Below the pieces are notes generated by a model. The model was not told the origin of the DNA, searched no databases, and worked only from the letters and a program-made list of their open reading frames with translations. A DNA stretch of 64,000 nucleotides from Rhynchopus sp. YZ270_cl-10 (lineage: Eukaryota): assembly GCA_964035575.1 (NCBI GenBank), contig OZ037834.1, positions 1,364,001 to 1,428,000 of the forward strand, written 5' to 3'. The translations under genes were made by a program, and so were the position numbers. How positions within the stretch are numbered: the first letter of the stretch is position 1; the number at the start of each line of letters is the position of its first letter. Positions 61,124 to 64,000 of the stretch are shown piece after piece.

Positions 61124-63231
61124 CGTCAAATGGAATATACCACACAAAAATAAAGAGAACTTGGAAGTGCAAAACGCCTCACCGTACACCGGCGGGACGC
61201 AGGGCACTTCTTCTCCACTTGGTTATCCAAAAAAAAATAAAACCCCCCCTTACCCCCAGAGAGCACTTCATTGGCATGCACACGGTTTATTTTTTTTTTT
61301 GAACGCTTTTGACAACATGTACCCCCACGAACGGGCAATCCACGTGACCCTTTTTTGCAGACCTGGAGTTTTTTTTTTGAAAACTTGGTTGTATTAGTGT
61401 AGGCCGAACCCGAGATGATGGGTTTTCACTATAAGTTGTGTTTTGTTGTATTTGATAACAGCCACCACCACCAAGTTTCTATCCATAAATTATCAAAGTG
61501 AAGTTGATAGTGCAAACGAACGCCTCTGGGACGGCAGGCACTGATAACATACACTGACAAAAAGAAAAAGGGTTGGGACAACTCCGGTCTGACCTTCAGA
61601 CTATTTGTTTTGTTCTTGGGGGGGGGATAAAAAAATTTTCCAATTTTTTCTATCAAGAAAACCACTAAAAAAATATACGTCTTTCGCAGCAAAACACCTC
61701 ATCGCATGGTGTACCATTTTTTGTGTGAATAAAAATGGGTTGAACCTTTATTATAGTACTGTCGAGAATGGCCAAAAAAAAGAAAAAAAAAGAAAAAAAA
61801 GAGATGTTGAAAGTGCAAACAAACGCCTCACCGTTCATCGGCGGACGCAGGCACTAGGGGAAAAAAAAAGAAGAAGAAAAAAAAAAAAACACAATTTAGC
61901 CAGATTCCCCCCAATAGTAGTACAGGAAAACCACATTTATTTACACGGTAATTTTATATTAAAAAATGGTAATTATTGATGCAGGCAACTTCCGACTGAC
62001 GTACAAAAAAAAACACACACATCTAATAAAAAAGCTTGAAAGAGAGAGACTGCTTCTCATTCGCAAAAAAAAAACAAAGAAAAAAAAAACTTTGAAATAT
62101 GAAAACGAATGTCCAAAGAAAAGACACTCAGTTTTTTTCAAGTTTTTTTTCGGCAAAACAAAACAAACCAGAAAAGTTTGGATGAAAAACCTGAGCCATC
62201 ACAGTGCCCGCTGGTCACCCTAAAAGGGAGTGGAGATGGGGGAGGGTAAAACAACAACAAAAAAAAAAATTTTTTTTTTTGTTGAGCGATAGTCAGGAAA
62301 CATGTCCTGCCACTGCTTTTTTTTTGGTAAAACAACAAAAAGAAAAGGGGGTATAAAAAAAGGATAGAATTCTTTTGTTTTTGCTGAGTTTCTGTATTAT
62401 TTCAAATTTCGAAAAAAAAAAAATGTTGAATAGAACATGCGCCTCATTAGGGACAGCATATCGATTCAAAAGAAAAAAAAGAAAAAAACAAAACAAATCA
62501 ACGAAAGGAGAGGAAAGGGGGAAACAAGAAAAAAAAAAAATATCAAGTTGAACCTAAGCCTCACAGTGCTTTAGTCATCTTGAAAAAAAGAAAAGAAAAA
62601 AAAACTTGAAAAATGAATGTATCTCACTGAGCTAGCATTCATATAAAACAAAAAAGGATTTGGATTTTGGAGGGGGGGGAAAAAAAAAAGATGCATTGTG
62701 CCTTGTTGTGCGCAGGCATCTTTGAAGAGGGGTATGGGATTTTATTTTTGGAGCTTATCTGCAGATCAGCTGGTCCCAATATAAAAAAAAACCAAAAAAA
62801 AACAACACGCAGACGGTGGAGAGCGGTTGAACCCCCCATTACGTCTGTTGTTCCCTTTTTCTTTTCAAAAAGAGGGGGAGGTGGGTTGCTTCCGACAGAC
62901 AAGAAGAAAAAAAAAAAAGATACTTGCCATCGATACGCGGAAAAGGGGATTTTGTTTTGGAACAAAAAAGAAATGTAAGGTAAACCTAAGTCTTGCGTTG
63001 CTTAGTAACCTTTAAGAGAAAAAAATCAATAAATCAAGTGTATAGGGCCCCCAAAGGGATACAGAGCAGAGAAAGAGAGAGAGACAGAGAGTCTGTCCAT
63101 ATGAGTGAGGAGTAACACAGCCCCATCTGCCCCCCTCCCTCCCTCCGCGTAACTGTTGTGTTCCTTTTGCCCTTCCTCCCCCCTTCTACTCACAAAGATG
63201 CTCACAACTACTGCACATCTGCGTCATGAGC

Positions 63232-64000
63232 TCACTGCAACAGCTGCCTCCAGTCACCGGTGATCCTGTTGAAATGGGGTTGTTTTTGACAAAATATGAG
63301 GTTGACCCCAAAAAAATGAAATAATCAGAGGTTTGGAAACCTTTAGAAAAAAGAAATTACGTCCGCTGTCCACCAGTGGGCAACTATCCCGAGGGAGGGG
63401 GCTTCATTTTCCAAAAGTTGAAAAGTCTGCCAGACTACCATGATACACATAACCCCAAAATAAAAACGGAACACTTTTTTTAAAAGGAACATACACATCT
63501 CTTGTCCTGCTTGCGAGGAGTTTGTAATCGATGAGCGCTGCGTCCGGAGAGTCGTCCAGGGCAGACCTGCACGACGCGAAGAGCAGCTCGAGGCCCGACT
63601 CCTCATTCAGCCGCTCCCTTCTGAAGAACCCTGCCAGCTCGTACAGCGTCATGCCCAGCTCGACACCCACCTTCAGGACCACCGTCGCTGCCTTGAAGAG
63701 GTCGACTGCCTCCGACTCGATGCCAGCCTCCTCCGCCAGCGCTGCGTCTGTCTCTACGTCAATCGCGCTGATGTATGCCTTCACCTCTTCGCTGAAGGGA
63801 CGCTTGCTTTGCGGCCACATCTGCCATTCAAAGTCCAGATCCGCAAGGCACGTCGGAAGGGTGTAACCGTGGTCTATCGGGTAGAGACGTTGTCTTCCTT
63901 CCGCGTCTCCGCGCACCAGAATGTTTCCTCCATGTCTGTCGCAGTTGAGAAGACGCAGGTCGAGGACACCAATACGATGGACATCCTCGGTTTCATAGCG
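63232..64000 (-). CDS. 3' part of a type II / gamma-like phosphatidylinositol 4-kinase; exons >64000-63495 and 63265-63232
   Basis: EDVHRIGVLDLRLLNCDRHGGNILV..LYPIDHGYTLP..FEWQMWPQSKRPFS contains the PI4K catalytic DRH..N and IDHG motifs. Intron 63494-63266 (GTATGT..CAACAG) gives ..RTRDVITGDWRQLLQ*. The gene continues beyond the window. Confidence 0.88.

Noticed and set aside
63404..63494. C-terminal tail YVPFKKSVPFLF.. of the PI4K ORF
   Set aside because: Likely read-through into an intron (GTATGT donor, AT-rich shift); a spliced last exon fits better.

Overview
Eukaryotic nuclear DNA, most likely from a euglenozoan protist such as a diplonemid. This is inferred from the following: all 8 recognisable genes are on the minus strand as in a directional gene cluster, canonical GT-AG cis-introns are present, and there is an ingi/L1Tc-like RNase H relic. 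The genes encode two PPR(-like) proteins, a triple-DUF3431-like membrane protein, a glycosyltransferase-like protein, a two-exon ubiquitin-like/SPRY-like protein, an IQ-motif protein, an acidic hypothetical protein, and the 3' part of a type II PI4-kinase-like gene. The rest is dense mobile DNA: a hAT element with an 8-bp TSD, three related CACGG-terminated elements with 2-bp TSDs, swapped palindromic arms and GTAC microsatellites, Crypton-like tyrosine-recombinase relics, TGGTG..CACCA mini-elements with 5-bp TSDs, and several mariner-like and Harbinger-like MITEs. The most unusual signal is more than 50 short dispersed hairpin modules in several families, all in one orientation; the two main families pair best as RNA from the transcribed (minus) strand. 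The apparently gene-empty 28-44 kb and 46-63 kb regions also contain candidate micro-exons. All calls were made by eye without searches.
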